Shown here piece after piece: positions 12,594-25,990 of a stretch of 64,000 nucleotides of DNA (position 1 is its first letter; each line of letters opens with the position of its first letter). Below the pieces are notes generated by a model, which saw only the letters and a list, made by a program, of their open reading frames with translations, had not been told where the DNA came from and made no database searches. The stretch comes from Ranitomeya imitator. Its lineage: Eukaryota. The stretch lies in the NCBI RefSeq assembly GCF_032444005.1, contig NC_091282.1, positions 535,308,001-535,372,000 of the forward strand. Direction: 5' to 3'. The translations under genes were made by a program, and so were the position numbers.

Positions 12594-13634
12594 TTAAAAA
12601 AAAACAAAGTTTTGGCGAGACATCCCCTTTAAGAGATGTTATCATCATGTGATTAGATGCCTTATTGTAAATATTTGTTGGGTTTGTGAGCCACATTGGT
12701 AACCACTATGGATCAATGTAGGGCTTACCCACAATAGTATGGTCTTATAGTCTAGTGCAGTGTTCCCCAACTCCGGTCCTCAAGAGCCACCAACAGGTCA
12801 TGTTTTCAGGATTTCCTTAGTATTCCACAGTAGGGTTGAGCGAAACAGATCGGCCAATTTCATAAGTCGCCGACTTTCGGCAAAGTCGGGTTTCATGAAA
12901 CCTGACCCAGCGGTACGCGATCTTCACGCCAAAGTCGCGTTTTATATAACGCGTTCAGCGCCATTTCTCAGCCAATGAAGGTGGACGCAGAGTGTGGGCA
13001 GCGTGATGACATAGGTCTCGGTCCCCACCATCTTAGAGAAGGGCATTACAGTGATTGGCTTGCTTTCTGCGGCGTCACAGGGGCTATAAAGGGGCGTGCA
13101 CGCCGACCGCCGTCTTACTTCTGCCGATCTGAGCATTGGGATAGGTTGCTGTAGCTTCGTCTGAAGCTGGGATTTTGTTAGGATGGGAAAATTTACCCCC
13201 AAACAGCTTGTGCTGTAGTGATTAACACTGTTCAACACCACCTTTTTTTGCAGGGACAGTGGAGGCTAGATTTCTGTGCATCAGCTTTGTAGCTTATAAG
13301 GCTCCCTGATAGCTGCATTGCTGTTTGTATGCCGCTGTGCAAACCAACTGTTTTTTTCATAGCAAAAATCCTGTTGCTCCTTCTTTTCTGCACAGTTCTT
13401 TTGTTTCTTTGTCCACACTCTTGTGTACAGCAGTCCTTTTTATTGCTGCCATACTTGTCCTTTGATCATTGTAGGGAGATTGAAATTCTACTAGAGCCCT
13501 TGTATTTTTTGATATATCTGCCAACCACTTTCTGCCACTCAAACTGTGTAGTGTAATACAGTGGGCCTGATTTTTTCCTGCATTCTCCCACACATAAAAA
13601 AGGGAGATTTATATTGCCACTGAGTGCATCTGCG

Positions 13635-16440
13635 TAGAGGCGTAGCTAGAGCTTTTGCCGCCCGGGGCTGTTCCCGAGTTTGGCGCCCCCACCCCCCCCC
13701 CCCCCGGCTCAATACACACAAAGGTTACCAAAAACGGTTTTCCTGTTTTGTAGAACTTAAACTGGGCCTAATGGTGTCACCCCCACATGCCACACCTGTG
13801 ACTTAATACCACCACACCATGACCAGGCCACATAGTGACCGAATAATACTACATACAAGGGACAAATACCACAACACCATTTCCAGACCACATGTTACCA
13901 CCACATAGTGACTGAATACTACAATACTGATCGGTAATAAAAAAAAAACCACAATACTATCACCATAAGTGCCAGTATTCACAGGAGATCTGTACTTAGT
14001 ATGCAGTGTCTGTGTAGAGGTAATACAGAGATCACTGGTGACATTATACACAGGACCTCTATATAGTATACAGTGTATAGTGTCAGTGTATAGGTAACAC
14101 TGACTCACCAGTGACGTCTCTAGGTGAAGTCCTTCATCTTTCATCCAGCACAGACCGCCATCATTCCTTCCAGCCAGGACTCGTTTCTGCAGGAAATAAC
14201 ACAGTTATCTCGAGCTCCGCTTGCAGAACACATTACTTAATTTTTCACAACTTCTACATTACATCACATGAAGAAAAAAAGGTGATATAGTGTCACTCTG
14301 CACAGTAACAGGACCGCCCCCCCATTTAAAACAGTATACTCAAAAAATAAAATAAATACATCACTGCAGTAATAATATCCCTTAATTAGCCCCTATGGTA
14401 ATAATATTCCCCACCCTGGCCCCGTTTCTCATTCCTGGCTCCAGCCATATGTTCTCGCATCCTGCCCTCATGAGTATCCATTCTACCCCATATGATCTCC
14501 ACATCCTGCCCCACCAGCCTCCATCGTATCCGTCCTGCCCCATGATCCAATCCTGCCCCGTGTCTCCAATCATGCCCCGTATCTACATTCTGCCCATGCC
14601 TCAAGTCCTGCCCCCAGTGTGTCCAGCATATTACCCCCATGTTGTCCAGCAATCTGCCCCAGTGTGTCCAGCATATTACCCCCATGTTGTCCAGCAATCT
14701 GCCCCAGTGTGTCCAGCATATTACCCCCAGTGTGTCCAGCAATCTGCCCCAGTATGTCCAGCACTGCCCCCAGTGTGTCCAGCAATCTGCCCCAGTGTCC
14801 AGCCTTTCCCCAGTGTGTCCAGCAGTCTGCCCCAGTGTGTCCAGCATATTACCCCCAGTGTCCAGCATTGCCCCAGTGTGTCCAGCATATTACCCCCAGT
14901 GTGTCCAGCAATCTGCCCCAGTGTCCAGCATTGCCCCAGGGTCTCCAGCATTGCCTCAATGTGTCCAGAAATCTGCCCCAGGGTCTCCAGTATTGCCCCA
15001 GTGTGTCCAGCAATCTGCCCCATGGTCTCCTGTATTGCCCCAGTGTGTCCAGCATTCTGCCCCATGGTCTCCAGTATTGCCCCGGTGTATCCAGCAATCT
15101 GCCCCATGGTCTCCTGTATTGCCCCAGTGTGTCCAGCATTCTGCCCCATGGTCTCCAGTATTGCCCCGGTGTGTCCAGCAATCTGCCCCATGGTCTCCAG
15201 TATTGCCCCAGTATGTCCAGAAGTCTGCCCAGGGTCTCCAGCATTGCCTCAATGTGTCCTGAAATCTGCCCCATGGTCTCCAGTATTCAGTGTGTCCAGC
15301 AATCTGCCCCATAGTCTCCTGTATTGCCCCAGTGTGTCCAGCATTCTGCCCCATGGTCTCCAGTATTTCCCCAGTGTGTCCAGCATTCTGCCCCATGGTC
15401 TCCAGTATTGCCCCAGTGTGTCCAGCAATCTGCCCCATGGTCTCCTGTATTGCCCCAGTGTGTCCAGCATTCTGCCACATGGTTTCCTGTATTGCCCCAG
15501 TGTGTCCAGCATTCTGCCCCATGGTCTCCAGTATTGCCCCAGTGTGTCCAGCAATCTGCCCCATGGTCTCCTGTATTGCCCCAGTGTGTCCAGCAATCTG
15601 CCCCATGGTCTCCTGTATTGCCCCAGTGTGTCCAGCAATCTGCCCCATGGTCTCCTGTATTGCCCCAGTGTGTCCAGCATTCTGCCACATGGTCTCCTGT
15701 ATTGCCCCAGTGTGTCCAGCAATCTGCCCCATGGTCTCCTGTATTGCCCCAGTGTGTCCAGCAATCTGCCCCATGGTCTCCTGTATTGCCCCAGTGTGTC
15801 CAGCATTCTGCCCCATGGTCTCCAGTATTGCCCCAGTGTGTCCAGCAATCTGCCCCATAGTCTCCTGTATTGCCCCAGTGTGTCCAGCAATCTGCCCCAT
15901 GGTCTCATGTATTACCCCAGTGTGTCCAGCAATCTGCCCCATGGTCTCATGTATTGCCCCAGTGTGTCCAGCAATCTGCCCCATGGTCTCCAGTATTGCC
16001 CCAGTGTGTCCAGCATTGCCCCAGCCCCAGACAGTCAGACATAAAGAAAAAAAAAAAAAAGTAAAATCCTCACCTCTCCCGTTCCTAGCGCAGGTCCGGT
16101 GCAGTCAGCGTCTCTCCGGCTCTGCGACGCTCAGGATAGAGAGGCAGAGCGGCGCGCACAGTAGTGACGTCATCGCGCCCTCTGCTCTGAGACGTCGCAG
16201 AGTCAGAGGACGCTGCAGCTGCCGGCGCCGCAGGAACCAGGAGAGGTGAGTATAGAGCGGGGGGCGGGGCCCGGGGGTGGGGGGAGCTGGCCCTGGTCGT
16301 GGCGGCGGACGGCGCCGCCCGAAGATTTAAAGGGGGCGTCTTTTTTTTTTTTTTCTTCTCCTGCAGCGCCGGCCGCCCCCCGCATTGTGCCGCCCAGGGC
16401 GGACCGCCCCCCCCCCCGCACCCCCCTTCCTACGCCACTG
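13635..16440. mobile_element. Non-autonomous hAT-type element carrying a minisatellite, nested in the hAT transposon
   Basis: Termini TAGAGGCGTAGC / CCTACGCCACTG; perfect 8-bp TSD CATCTGCG (13627-13634, 16441-16448). Confidence 0.88.
14600..16020. repeat. GC-rich minisatellite, dominant unit 42 bp (TGCCCCAGTGTGTCCAGCAATCTGCCCCATGGTCTCCTGTAT)
   Basis: Directly visible. It produces the 14-aa periodic ORFs seen in many frames. Confidence 0.97.
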
Positions 16441-16960
16441 CATCTGCGTCAGTCCTGTTTGTGGCATATCTGTCGTCCACTTTCTGCCACTCAAACTGTG
16501 TAGTGTAATACAGTGGGCCTGATTTTCCCAGCAGCCACTGAGTGCATCTGCGTCAGTCCTGTTTGTGGCATATATCTGTCATCCACTTTCTGCCACTCAA
16601 ACTGTGTAGTGTAATACAATGGGCCTGATTTTTTCCTGCTGTCTCCCACACATAAAAAAGGGAGATTTGTATTGCCACTGAGTGCATCTGCGTCAGTCCT
16701 GTTTGTGGCATATCTGTCATCCACTGTCTGCCACTCAAAACTGTGTAGTGTAATACAGTGGGCGTGATTTTTTTCCTGCATTGTCCCACACCTAAAAAAG
16801 GGAGATTTATATTGCCACTGAGTGCATCTGCGTCAGTCCTGTTTGTGGCATATCTGTCGTCCACTTTCTGCCACTCAAACTGTGTAGTGTAATACAGTGG
16901 GCCTGATTTTCCCAGCAGTCTCACGCACCTATAAAGGGAGATTTAAACTCACAACAAATT
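16441..16960. repeat. ~100-140-bp tandem repeat of the hAT 5' region, about 4 copies; the array starts near 13520, before the nested insertion
   Basis: Recurrent GCCACTGAGTGCATCTGCGTCAGTCCTGTTTGTGGCATAT...CTCAAACTGTGTAGTGTAATACA. Confidence 0.9.
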
Positions 16961-17029
16961 TACGTACACCTTCTAGCTGGTTTTACAGTACCATATAACG
17001 TTTGTTAGTTTGGTTACATTTTTCCAAAA

Positions 17030-20000
17030 ATGAGGAAGTCTGGTGGAAGAGGTCATGGCCGTGGGCGGTCATTGCCAGCTGGTAATGATGGTAGTGGTGG
17101 TGGAGCATAAGGTGGTCATGGGAAAAGCAATATAGCACCTAAGTCTCGAGTTGTTGAGCCAGCGTCATTGTCTGGCTACACAAGGCCTCGAACGCTCCCT
17201 TTTCTGGGAGTAGGAAAACCGCTTTAAAAGCCGGAGCAGCAGGAACAAGTTTTGGCTTTCCTTGCTGACTCTGCCTCTAGCTCTTTCGCCTCCTCTTCGG
17301 AAAGTGCAAAATTTAAAAGCAGCGCATCGTCAGTGGATGCTCCCAGTCAGGAACAAGTCGCTTCCTTGTGTCCTTCACCCAGAACAACAGAGAAGGATGC
17401 GTCAGGCGACACAACGGGTTACTCCATGGAGCTCTTTACACATACCGTGCCTGGGTTAGAAAGGGAAATTGTTAACAGGCCATGCCCATTACAAGATGAA
17501 TCGGACATGGAGTGCACAGATGCACAGCCACAGCTAGATTATTATGCTGTTCCATTGACTCAGATCACAACATTGCCCTCGCAGTGTACTGAGCCATAAT
17601 CTGACCCTGATGAGACTATGGTGCCCCGTACCGAATGCTATAGCACCGGCTTACACGGTGACACAGAGGAAGGTTCACAGGACATAGAAGAGGAGGTGAT
17701 AGATGACCCAGTTGTTGACCCCGATTAGCAGCCATTGGGGGAACAGGGTGCCGCTGGCAGTAGCTTTGAAGCGGAGGAGGAGCCGCAGCAGGCATCAACA
17801 TCGCAACAGCTTTCATCTGGCAAGCCCGTATCTGGCCAAAAACGTGTGTCAAAACCAAAAACAGTTGTAGGACAGCGTGGTCATCCGGTTACAGGAGCTC
17901 AGTGTGCAATGCCTGAAAAGGTATTCGATAGTAGGAAAAGTGAAGTCTGGCAATTTTTTAACCAAGATCCGAATGATCGGTGCAAAGTGATCTGTAAGAA
18001 ATGCTCAAGGACCTTTAGCAGAGGTCAGAATGTCAAAAATTTAAATACAAGTTGCATGCATATACATTTCACCACCATGCACTTGCAAGCCTGGACTAAC
18101 TACCAAACGTCCCGTAATGTTGTTGCACCCGCTCACAATGAAACTAGTCAGCAATGCTACATTCCTTCCCTCACTGTAAGCCCACCGTTTACGACACCAC
18201 CTTCAGCAAATGTGGAGGTATCGTCGCAAGGCCAAAGCAGTCAGGGAATCACCAGGTTCTTGGTAGGAAACACTGTATGTAGGCCAACAGCTAGAATACC
18301 ATCAACAACCCTCTCTCAGTCTGCCATGTCCACCACCACCTCGCTAGTTCCACCATATGCAGCTCTCCAGTCCAGCTCACTCTACAAGAGACTCTCCTTA
18401 GGAAAAGGATGTACTCATCCTCTCATCCGCATACACAGGGTTTGAATGCCCACATTGCTAGACTAATCTCGTTAGAGATGATGCCCTACTGGTTGGTTGA
18501 AAGCGAAGCTTTCAAAGCCCTGATGGCCTACGCAGTACCACGCTATGACCTACCCAGTCGACATTTCTTTGCGAGAAAAGCCATCCCAGCCCTCCACCAG
18601 CATGTCAAAGGCCGCATTGTCCATGCACTCAGGCAATCAGTCAGTAGAAAGGTGCACCTCACAACAGATGCATGGACCAGTAGGCATGGCGAGGGATGTT
18701 ACATCTCTATCACGGCGCACTGGGTTAATGTGGTGGATGCAGGGTACACAGGGGACAGCCATAGTGGCACAGTTCTGCCTAGCTCACGGTCTAGGAAACA
18801 GTTGGCTGTAGGCATTTGCCGCTCCTCCTCCTCCTCCTCCTACAGAAGCAAAAGCTCGTCCACAGAGCACAGTCGCACGACCACTCCATCCGCAGCTGCC
18901 AGTGTTGCAACCGTGGTGTCCTATTATGGAACAGCTTGTGGGAAGCGTTAGCAGGCTGTATTGGCAATGAAGTGTTTGGGCGACAACAGACACACCGCGG
19001 AAGTTCTGTCTGAGTTCTTGCAGCAAGAAACTCAGTCATTGCTGGGCAGTGTACATCTTGAGGCAGGCAAGGTAGTCAGTGATAACGGAAGGAATTTTAT
19101 GGCTGCCATAGCCCTTTCCCAACTGAATCACAATCCTTGCCTGGCTCACACCTTGAACCTGGTGGTGCAGTGCTTCCTGAAAAGTTATCCGGGGTTACCC
19201 GCCCTGCTCCTGAAGGTGCGAAGACTTTGCTCGCACATCCGTCGTTCACCCGTACACTCCAGCCGTATGCAGAACCATCAGCGATCTTTGAATCTTCCCC
19301 AGCACCGCCTAATCATCGACGTTGCAACAAGGTAAAACTCCACACTGCACATGCTTCAGAGGCTGTGCGAACAGAGGCGTGCTGTTATGTATTTGTGGGA
19401 GGATACACATACACGGGCAGGCAGTTGGATGGCAGACATGGAGTTGTCAGGTGTGCAGTGGTTGAAGCTACAAGATCTTTGTCAAGTCCTTCAGTGTTTT
19501 GAGGAATGCACACGGCTGGTTAGTGCAGACGACGCCATCATAAGCATGAGCATCCCCCTAATGCGTCTGCTGATGCAAAGTTTGACGCACATAAAGGAGC
19601 AGGCGTCTGCAGCCGAGGACGAGAGTAGCCTTGATGACAGTCAGCCACTGTCTGCTCAGGGAAGTCTCCTGGACAAGGTGGCGGATGAAGAGGAGGAGGA
19701 CGAGGAGGATGATGGGGATGAATATATATGGGAGGAGGAAGCTTCTCAGGGGGCAATAGAAACTGGTGGCGTTGCAAGGTCAGGTACAGGGTTTTTGAGA
19801 GAGACAAGTGATGTTGATTTGCCAGAAAGTGCTCCTCAACCCAGCACAAGCAGTGAATTGACACCTGGAACATTGGCCCACATGGCAGATTATGCCTTGC
19901 GTATCCTAAAAAGGGACCCCTGCATTATCAAAATGATGACCAATGACGATTACTGGTTGGCCTGCCTCCTGGATCCACGCTATAAAGGGAAATTGCAAAA

Positions 20001-20494
20001 TATCATGCCACATGAGAACTTTGAGCAAATATTGGCTACCAAACAAGCAACTCTTGTAGACCGTTTGGTTCAGGCATTCCCAGCACACAGCGGCAGTGAT
20101 GGTTCTCACACGAGCTGCAGGGGGCAACATGGCAGAGGTGGTAGAGGTGCACAAATCAGAAGTGGCGTTGGACAGAGGGGTTTTATGACCAGGTTGTGGA
20201 GTGATTTTGCAATGACCGCAGACACGACAGGTACTGCAGCATCAATTCAAAGTGACAGAAGACAAAACATCAAAAATAGACACCTGGCCTGAATTGGCCG
20301 AATATGCATTGCAGGAGCTTGCTTGCCCAGCAGCTAGTGTGCTATCAGAAAGAGTATTCAGTGCTGCTGGGTCAATACTGACTGAAAAAAGGAGTTGTCT
20401 GGCTACCCAAAATGTTGATGATCTAACCTTCATTAAAATGAACCAATCATGGATTTCTAATTATTTTGCCCAACCTTTCCCGGCTGACACCTAG
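17030..20494 (+). pseudogene. hAT transposase pseudogene (BED finger, DDE core, C-terminal dimerisation domain)
   Basis: BED-like VWQFF..C..C..H; LTTDAW (D1); VVSDNG (D2); CLAH (CxxH); DVATR* (W lost); LLDPRYK; WPELA..CPAASVLSERVFS (E). Several stops and frameshifts, and an apparent deletion near 20270. Confidence 0.95.
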
Positions 20495-22290
20495 CTTTCC
20501 AGTAAAAAGGTCTTGCTTTTGGACTGGTCTTACTGACTGTTCCAGTTTTCTCCATTTGCAGCTGCTGTATGTCCAGCATATGCCATTTTTACACCTCCCT
20601 TAATGGGCTGACTCCCCCCACGGGGCCGTGGTCACCACTTGGCGCAAGCACCCGTGCGAGTGCTGTTTGGCTGAAGAGGTGGGTGTGCCCACTTTCGGGC
20701 GACTGCACTGGCACAGGGTCCCTCATAGTACAATGAAGTGTCTCTGGCGGTGGTGGTGCGCACCCAACGTGAGACACACCGTTGTAACATGAGGGGCCCT
20801 GGGCCAGTACCGCCGGCCACGAGAGAGTGTTCCCCCCCAGCTCAAGCAGTGCTCTACCACTTGCAAAATTATCTCTCACTGCTCCACCACTGTTTAGTCT
20901 ATGCAGTTAAATCCTTCAATGGCACTGCCAATACCAATTTGCTGACATGTATGATGCTACTAAAAATATACAGGGGCCCTGTCCTACATTTACACCAGTT
21001 AATACTTTGCGCCAAATACTACTGTCTGCAAGTCAGCAGAGGAGCTCACCCCTGTACCTAGGTATGCCACCTGTTTATTTGTTAATTTTTTTTTTGAGAG
21101 ACATTAACATCAATTTATTATTTTGGACTACTAACTGTGTCAGACACTCCTTCCAATTGTCCTCCGCTGACCACACCAATGCTGCCTGTGTACCCCTGGA
21201 ACCTATTTAAAACTGCATAGAGCATCCTTTTTTTAGTTTAGGCCTAGTAAGTCTGTCTGCGGTCCCTCCTTCAAATTGTCTTTGCAAAGTTGAAATACTT
21301 ACCTCTCCCTGCTCCACTGCCGTGACGTAGTCCACGTTTCCTGGGCCCACTAAAAACTTGAATAAGCCCTACCCCCCCACAACTTTAGCCAAATGACCCC
21401 CAATTTCCAATGCCTAACTATTATTATAAGGTAAATTAAGATTGACAAGCTTCAGTAACAAGAATGGATGTTTTTGCCATTAAAATGGGCACTGTAGGTG
21501 TTTTCCTGGCCTCCACCCACTACCGACTATGCTTCCCCATTGACTTGCATTGGGTTTCGTGTTTCGGTCGATCCCCAACTTTTCGCGATAATTGGCCGAT
21601 TTCACTCAACTCGACTTTTGAGATAGTCGGGTTTCACGAAACCTGACTCGATCCAAAAAAAGTAAAAGTCGCTCAACCCTATTCCACAGGTGATTGAATG
21701 CTTGCCTGTCCAGGTGATGTAATTATCACCTGTGCAATACTAAGGAAATCCTGAATACATCACCTGTTGGGTGGCTCTTGAGGACCGGAGTTGGGGAACA
21801 CTGCTCTAGTGAATCCTAAAGCAACCAGTTCAAGCTGTGTATAGAACTGCCTGTACAGTCATTTTATGAAGTTACTAATGCCATGTTGTACATGCAGTCG
21901 AATCTATGGACCACATGGTATAGAATAGAGATTGACAGCTATCTCTGCATACATAGCCAAAAAGGGGAGACTTACTAGGACCGCCCACTGGACTCCTATG
22001 CATACAAACCACATATTTCAATGAACAAATGCAATTTTTACTGAAACTTTTTCTACAAAAATGCATATCAATCTGATCATCTCCTCCTGCTCCATAAGAG
22101 CCTAGCAGCAGATCAGATACTATTTTCAACATGACTGGTTGCCTTTAATTACTTAACATGCTTTCAATATTATTTAATCTTCTAACATATGTGTAAGATG
22201 ATTACTTTCAGCTGTCCTGAAAACAAGATTTAGTAACCTTAAAAAATACAAGAGGGGCGTACTAATGATAGGTCTTGCAGTGGTCAGATG

Positions 22291-23087
22291 TGTTGTGAAT
22301 TCTGTTGTCGAGCTCCCTCCTGTGGTCGTGAATGGTACTTCGGTGAGTTCTGTCCGTGGGCTCCCTCTGGTGGCTGTGAGTGGAGCTGCTGCTGCTTCTG
22401 AGGTTCCTTACACAGGTGACGTGGTTTATCCTTTGGTTGCTGCTCTATTTAACTCCACTTAGATCGTTACTCCATGCCAGCTGTCAATGTTTCTGCATTG
22501 GTTCAGTTCGCTCTTGGATCTTTCTGGTGACCTGTCTACTCCAGCAGAAGCTAAGTTCCTGATAGTATCTAATTCGTTCATTGTTTTCTTGTCCAGCTGG
22601 ATATCATGATTTTGTCTTGCTAGCTGGAAGCTCTGGGATGCAGAGTGGCATCTCCGCACCGTTAGTCGGTGCGGAGGTCTTTTTGCACACCCTGCGTGGT
22701 CTTTTGTAGTTTTTTGTGCTGATCGCAAAGCTACCTTTCCTATCCTCTGTCTATTTAGTAAGTCTGGCCTCCCTTTGCTGAAACCTGTTTCATTTCTGCG
22801 TTTGTGACTTTCATCTTTACTCACAGTCAATATATGTGGGGGGCTACCTTTTCCTTTGGGGAATTTCTCTGAGGCAAGGTAGGCTTTATTTTCTATCTCT
22901 AGGGCTAGCTAGCTCTTAGGCTGTGACGAGGCGCCTAGGGAGTGTCAGGAGCGCTCCACGGCTATTTCTAGTGTGTGTGATAGGATTAGGAATTGCGGTC
23001 AGCAGAGCTCCCACATCCCAGAGCTTGTCCTGTGTGAGTTTTAACCATCAGGTCATTCCGGGTGCTCCTAACCACCACGTCATAACA
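22291..23087 (+). mobile_element. Solo LTR (797 bp)
   Basis: TGTTGTG...CATAACA termini; 6-bp TSD CAGATG (22285-22290, 23088-23093); no internal coding region. Confidence 0.88.
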
Positions 23088-23409
23088 CAGATGTAACTTA
23101 TGGGAAAGAAACCTTGCAGGAGCTTGTTCACTAAGGGAATTAAGCTTTTCATGGTGTCCTTTGAGATCAATAGCCTGTCCATGTAATACAGACACGTTAT
23201 ACTCTGGCCCATGGGCCAACTGTGCCCCACAGTAAGTGTATTATGCCTGTGTTGTGGGACGACAGGCGAACCTCCTCCAAGCATCCCACTTTCATCTATA
23301 TCCGTATCCTGGATGCCGAAACAATTGAAAGCAATGGTTCAGAGCGATCGCTGCCAAGACCGGGGGAGTAGGGAGAGGTGAGTATTTATTTAAATGTAGC
23401 GCCAGTTAT

Positions 23410-24680
23410 ACTGAATGAAGGACTATGTAGAACCCATTATACTGTATGAAGGACTAGGTGGGGTCAAAATACAGTATGGATGACTATGTGGGGTCATTAT
23501 ACTGTATGGAATGCAATGAGGGCCTGTTATACTGTATGGAGGACTCTGTGGGGCTTTTATACCGTATGAAAGGCTATGTGGGGCCATTATTCTGTATGGA
23601 GGACTATGTGGGGCCCATCATATTATATGGAAGGCTATGCTGGGCCATTATTCTGTTTAGAGGACTATGTGGGGCCCATCATGCTATGTGTTAAGATCAG
23701 GTGGCCTTGGAGCAGCATGAAATGACCTTCGCTGGAGCAGTGGTAACTTTACTGACCGCAAACCCTGATCCTATCACCGCAACTAGAAGTAGCCGTGGGG
23801 TGTGCCTAACCAGACCTAGACACCTCGACACAGTCTAAGGACTAAATATCCCTAAAGATGGAAATAGGAAAACTCTCTTGCCTCAGAGTAGATCCCCAAA
23901 GGATAGATAGCCCCCCACAAATAATGACTTTGAGTAGGAGAGGAAAAGACACACGCAGACAGAAAACATGGATAAGCAAAGGAAGCCACTTCTACCTAGA
24001 TAGGAAAGGAAAGTACAGGATACTATGCGGTCAGCATAAAACACTACAAAATGTCCACAGCAGAAAAATACAAAAACTCCACCACCTAACTAAAGATGTG
24101 GAGAGTATATCTGCGACTCCAGCGAGTCCAACTAGACTGAGAAAAACATCAGGCACAGTCTAGCAGGAACAAAATAGATACAAGATAAGCACAGAAAATA
24201 AACACAGCATTGTGTCTAAAAAATGAAGCAAACACTTATCTTAGCTGAATTGGCAGCAAGCAGGAGAGGCCAGGCAGAGGACCAACACTTCCAAAGGAAC
24301 ATTGACTACTTGCAAGGACTAATGAGTCCTGCACAGCTAAATATCCCAGTCAGAATTGCAATTAGCAGAAACACCTGTCCAAGACTGCTGCTCAGGAATA
24401 ACTGCATTACCATCAACAACCACCGGAGGGAGCCCAAGAGCAGAATTCACAACAGCTATGTGGAAAGCTATGTGCTGCCCATTATACTGTATGGAAGGCA
24501 ATCTGTGGCCATTATACTGTATGGAGGATGATGTGGGGCTATTATACTGTATAGATGGAAATACAAGGACCTTCATACTATATAGAAGACTATGTGGGGC
24601 CATTATACTGTGTGAAGGAAATGTGAGACCCATTATGTTGTATGAGTGACTATATGGGCCCATTATACTGTGTGGGGATT
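23410..24680. repeat. ~30-bp minisatellite (GGGCCATTATACTGTATGGAGGACTATGTG-like), interrupted by a solo LTR
   Basis: Degenerate tandem copies on both sides of 23689-24454. Confidence 0.85.
23689..24454 (-). mobile_element. Solo LTR (766 bp), related to the 22291 LTR, opposite orientation
   Basis: Minus-strand start TGTTGTGAATTCTG is shared with the first LTR; 6-bp TSD GCTATG (23683-23688, 24455-24460). Confidence 0.88.
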
Positions 24681-24939
24681 ATAGTTGGAGAATCATACAG
24701 TGATGAGATCACCATACTTTGCCAATGGTTGAGGGGTAGGTACAGTAGGGTCATCATATTGTGTGTGTGGAGGGTACTGTGGAGGAATTCACAGTGGGAT
24801 AATTTACTATGTTTGATGGGCACTTTTGGTGGCAACATACTTTATTGTTTCATGTTTCCTCCGCTAATCTATCTATGCCCAACATTGCTATTTCTGAGGG
24901 TGGCTGCACCACTACTCCCCATCAACATGCCAACTGTCT

Positions 24940-25560
24940 TGGTATCATCTTTGATTCAGATCTTTCCTTCAGTGCCCGTATCTGATCAGTCGCCTGCTCA
25001 TGTCACTTACACCTCAAAAATATCTCTAGAATTAGATCTTTTCTCACCTTTGAATCAGCAAAAACTCTGACTGTTGCTCTTATTCATTTTCGTCTGATTT
25101 ATTGAAACTATTTACTGAACGGTCTTTCTTTTACTAGACTCTCCCTTCTCCAATCCTACCTAAATGCAGCAGTAAGGATCATATTCTTTTCTAACTGCTA
25201 CACAGATACCTCTACCCTGTGCCAGTCGTTGCACTGGTTACCCTTCTGCTACAGAGTTCAATATAAACGTATTAATCTCACCCACAAAGTGCTCCACATT
25301 TCAGCACCACTCTGCATCTCCTCCCTCATCTCAATCTACCACCCTACCCGTGCCCTATATTCTGCTAATGACTTAAAACTAAAATCCTCAATAATCCAAA
25401 CCTCCCATTCCTGTCTCCAAGACTTCTTGCGTGCTGCGGCAATTCTTTGAAATGCACTACCCAGGACAAGTCGATTGTTTTCCCAATACCCACAGTTTTA
25501 AGCGTGACATAAAAACGCATTTCTTTAGACTGGCCTATCTCCCCACTTCACTTACTGAAT
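24940..25560 (+). mobile_element. Old L2 LINE 3' fragment
   Basis: Aligns by eye to the ORF C-terminus of the intact L2 (LHWLP..YRVQYK..LTHKVLH..AP) with many disruptions. Confidence 0.85.
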
Positions 25561-25675
25561 CTAACTATACCCGTTTTTCCCATACAAAATTTTCTTCAAA
25601 ATCATCACCCCTGAAGCACCCTCCATGTACCTAATAGCCCTCTGTGTCTGTACTATACACAAACTGGCTGGCGAC

Positions 25676-25990
25676 TAGAGATGGGCGAACCCGAACAGTA
25701 AAGTTCAGCATCCGAACCGAACACCTACTGTTCGGGCATGGACACCGAACACGGCCCCCCGAACACCAAGTGTTTGTTGCGCTGTTATGTGCATGACAAC
25801 GCGGCAAACAACACTTCTGATCGGCGGTAAAATCATTACCGTCGGTCAGACAGCAGCGGTTCCTACGCTGTCAATAAACAGCATAATTCCGCAGCTATGA
25901 TTAGACGTATAAAGTTTACCTCCGGTCACAGATGTCAGCTGATGGGACTACTGCTCCCATCAGCCGACTCCTCTATTCTTGATAAGCAGC
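25676..25990 (+). mobile_element. hAT MITE fragment
   Basis: Starts TAGAGATGGGCGAACCCGAAC, an Ac-like TIR; related to the inverted end at 46338. Confidence 0.6.

Larger units (their letters stand above)
12831..21681 (+). mobile_element. Full-length hAT DNA transposon with decayed transposase
   Basis: Perfect 13-bp TIR TAGGGTTGAGCGA / TCGCTCAACCCTA; perfect 8-bp TSD TTCCACAG (12823-12830, 21682-21689). Confidence 0.96.
12758..21803. mobile_element. Small (~190 bp net) hAT MITE split by a large hAT insertion
   Basis: TIR CAGTGTTCCCCAACTCCGGTCCTCAAGAGCCACC inverted at both ends; 8-bp TSD GTCTAGTG / CTCTAGTG (7/8). Confidence 0.88.

Noticed and set aside
14395-16249. Long Cys/Pro-rich ORFs (549 aa, 342 aa, 319 aa and others) resembling keratin-associated or cornified-envelope proteins
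   Set aside because: They are translations of a 42-bp minisatellite inside a TSD-flanked transposon. Several frames on both strands are open, which is what a stop-free unit divisible by 3 produces.
17030-20494. Domesticated ZBED-like host gene
   Set aside because: Multiple stops and frameshifts with intact TIRs and TSD indicate a dead transposon copy.
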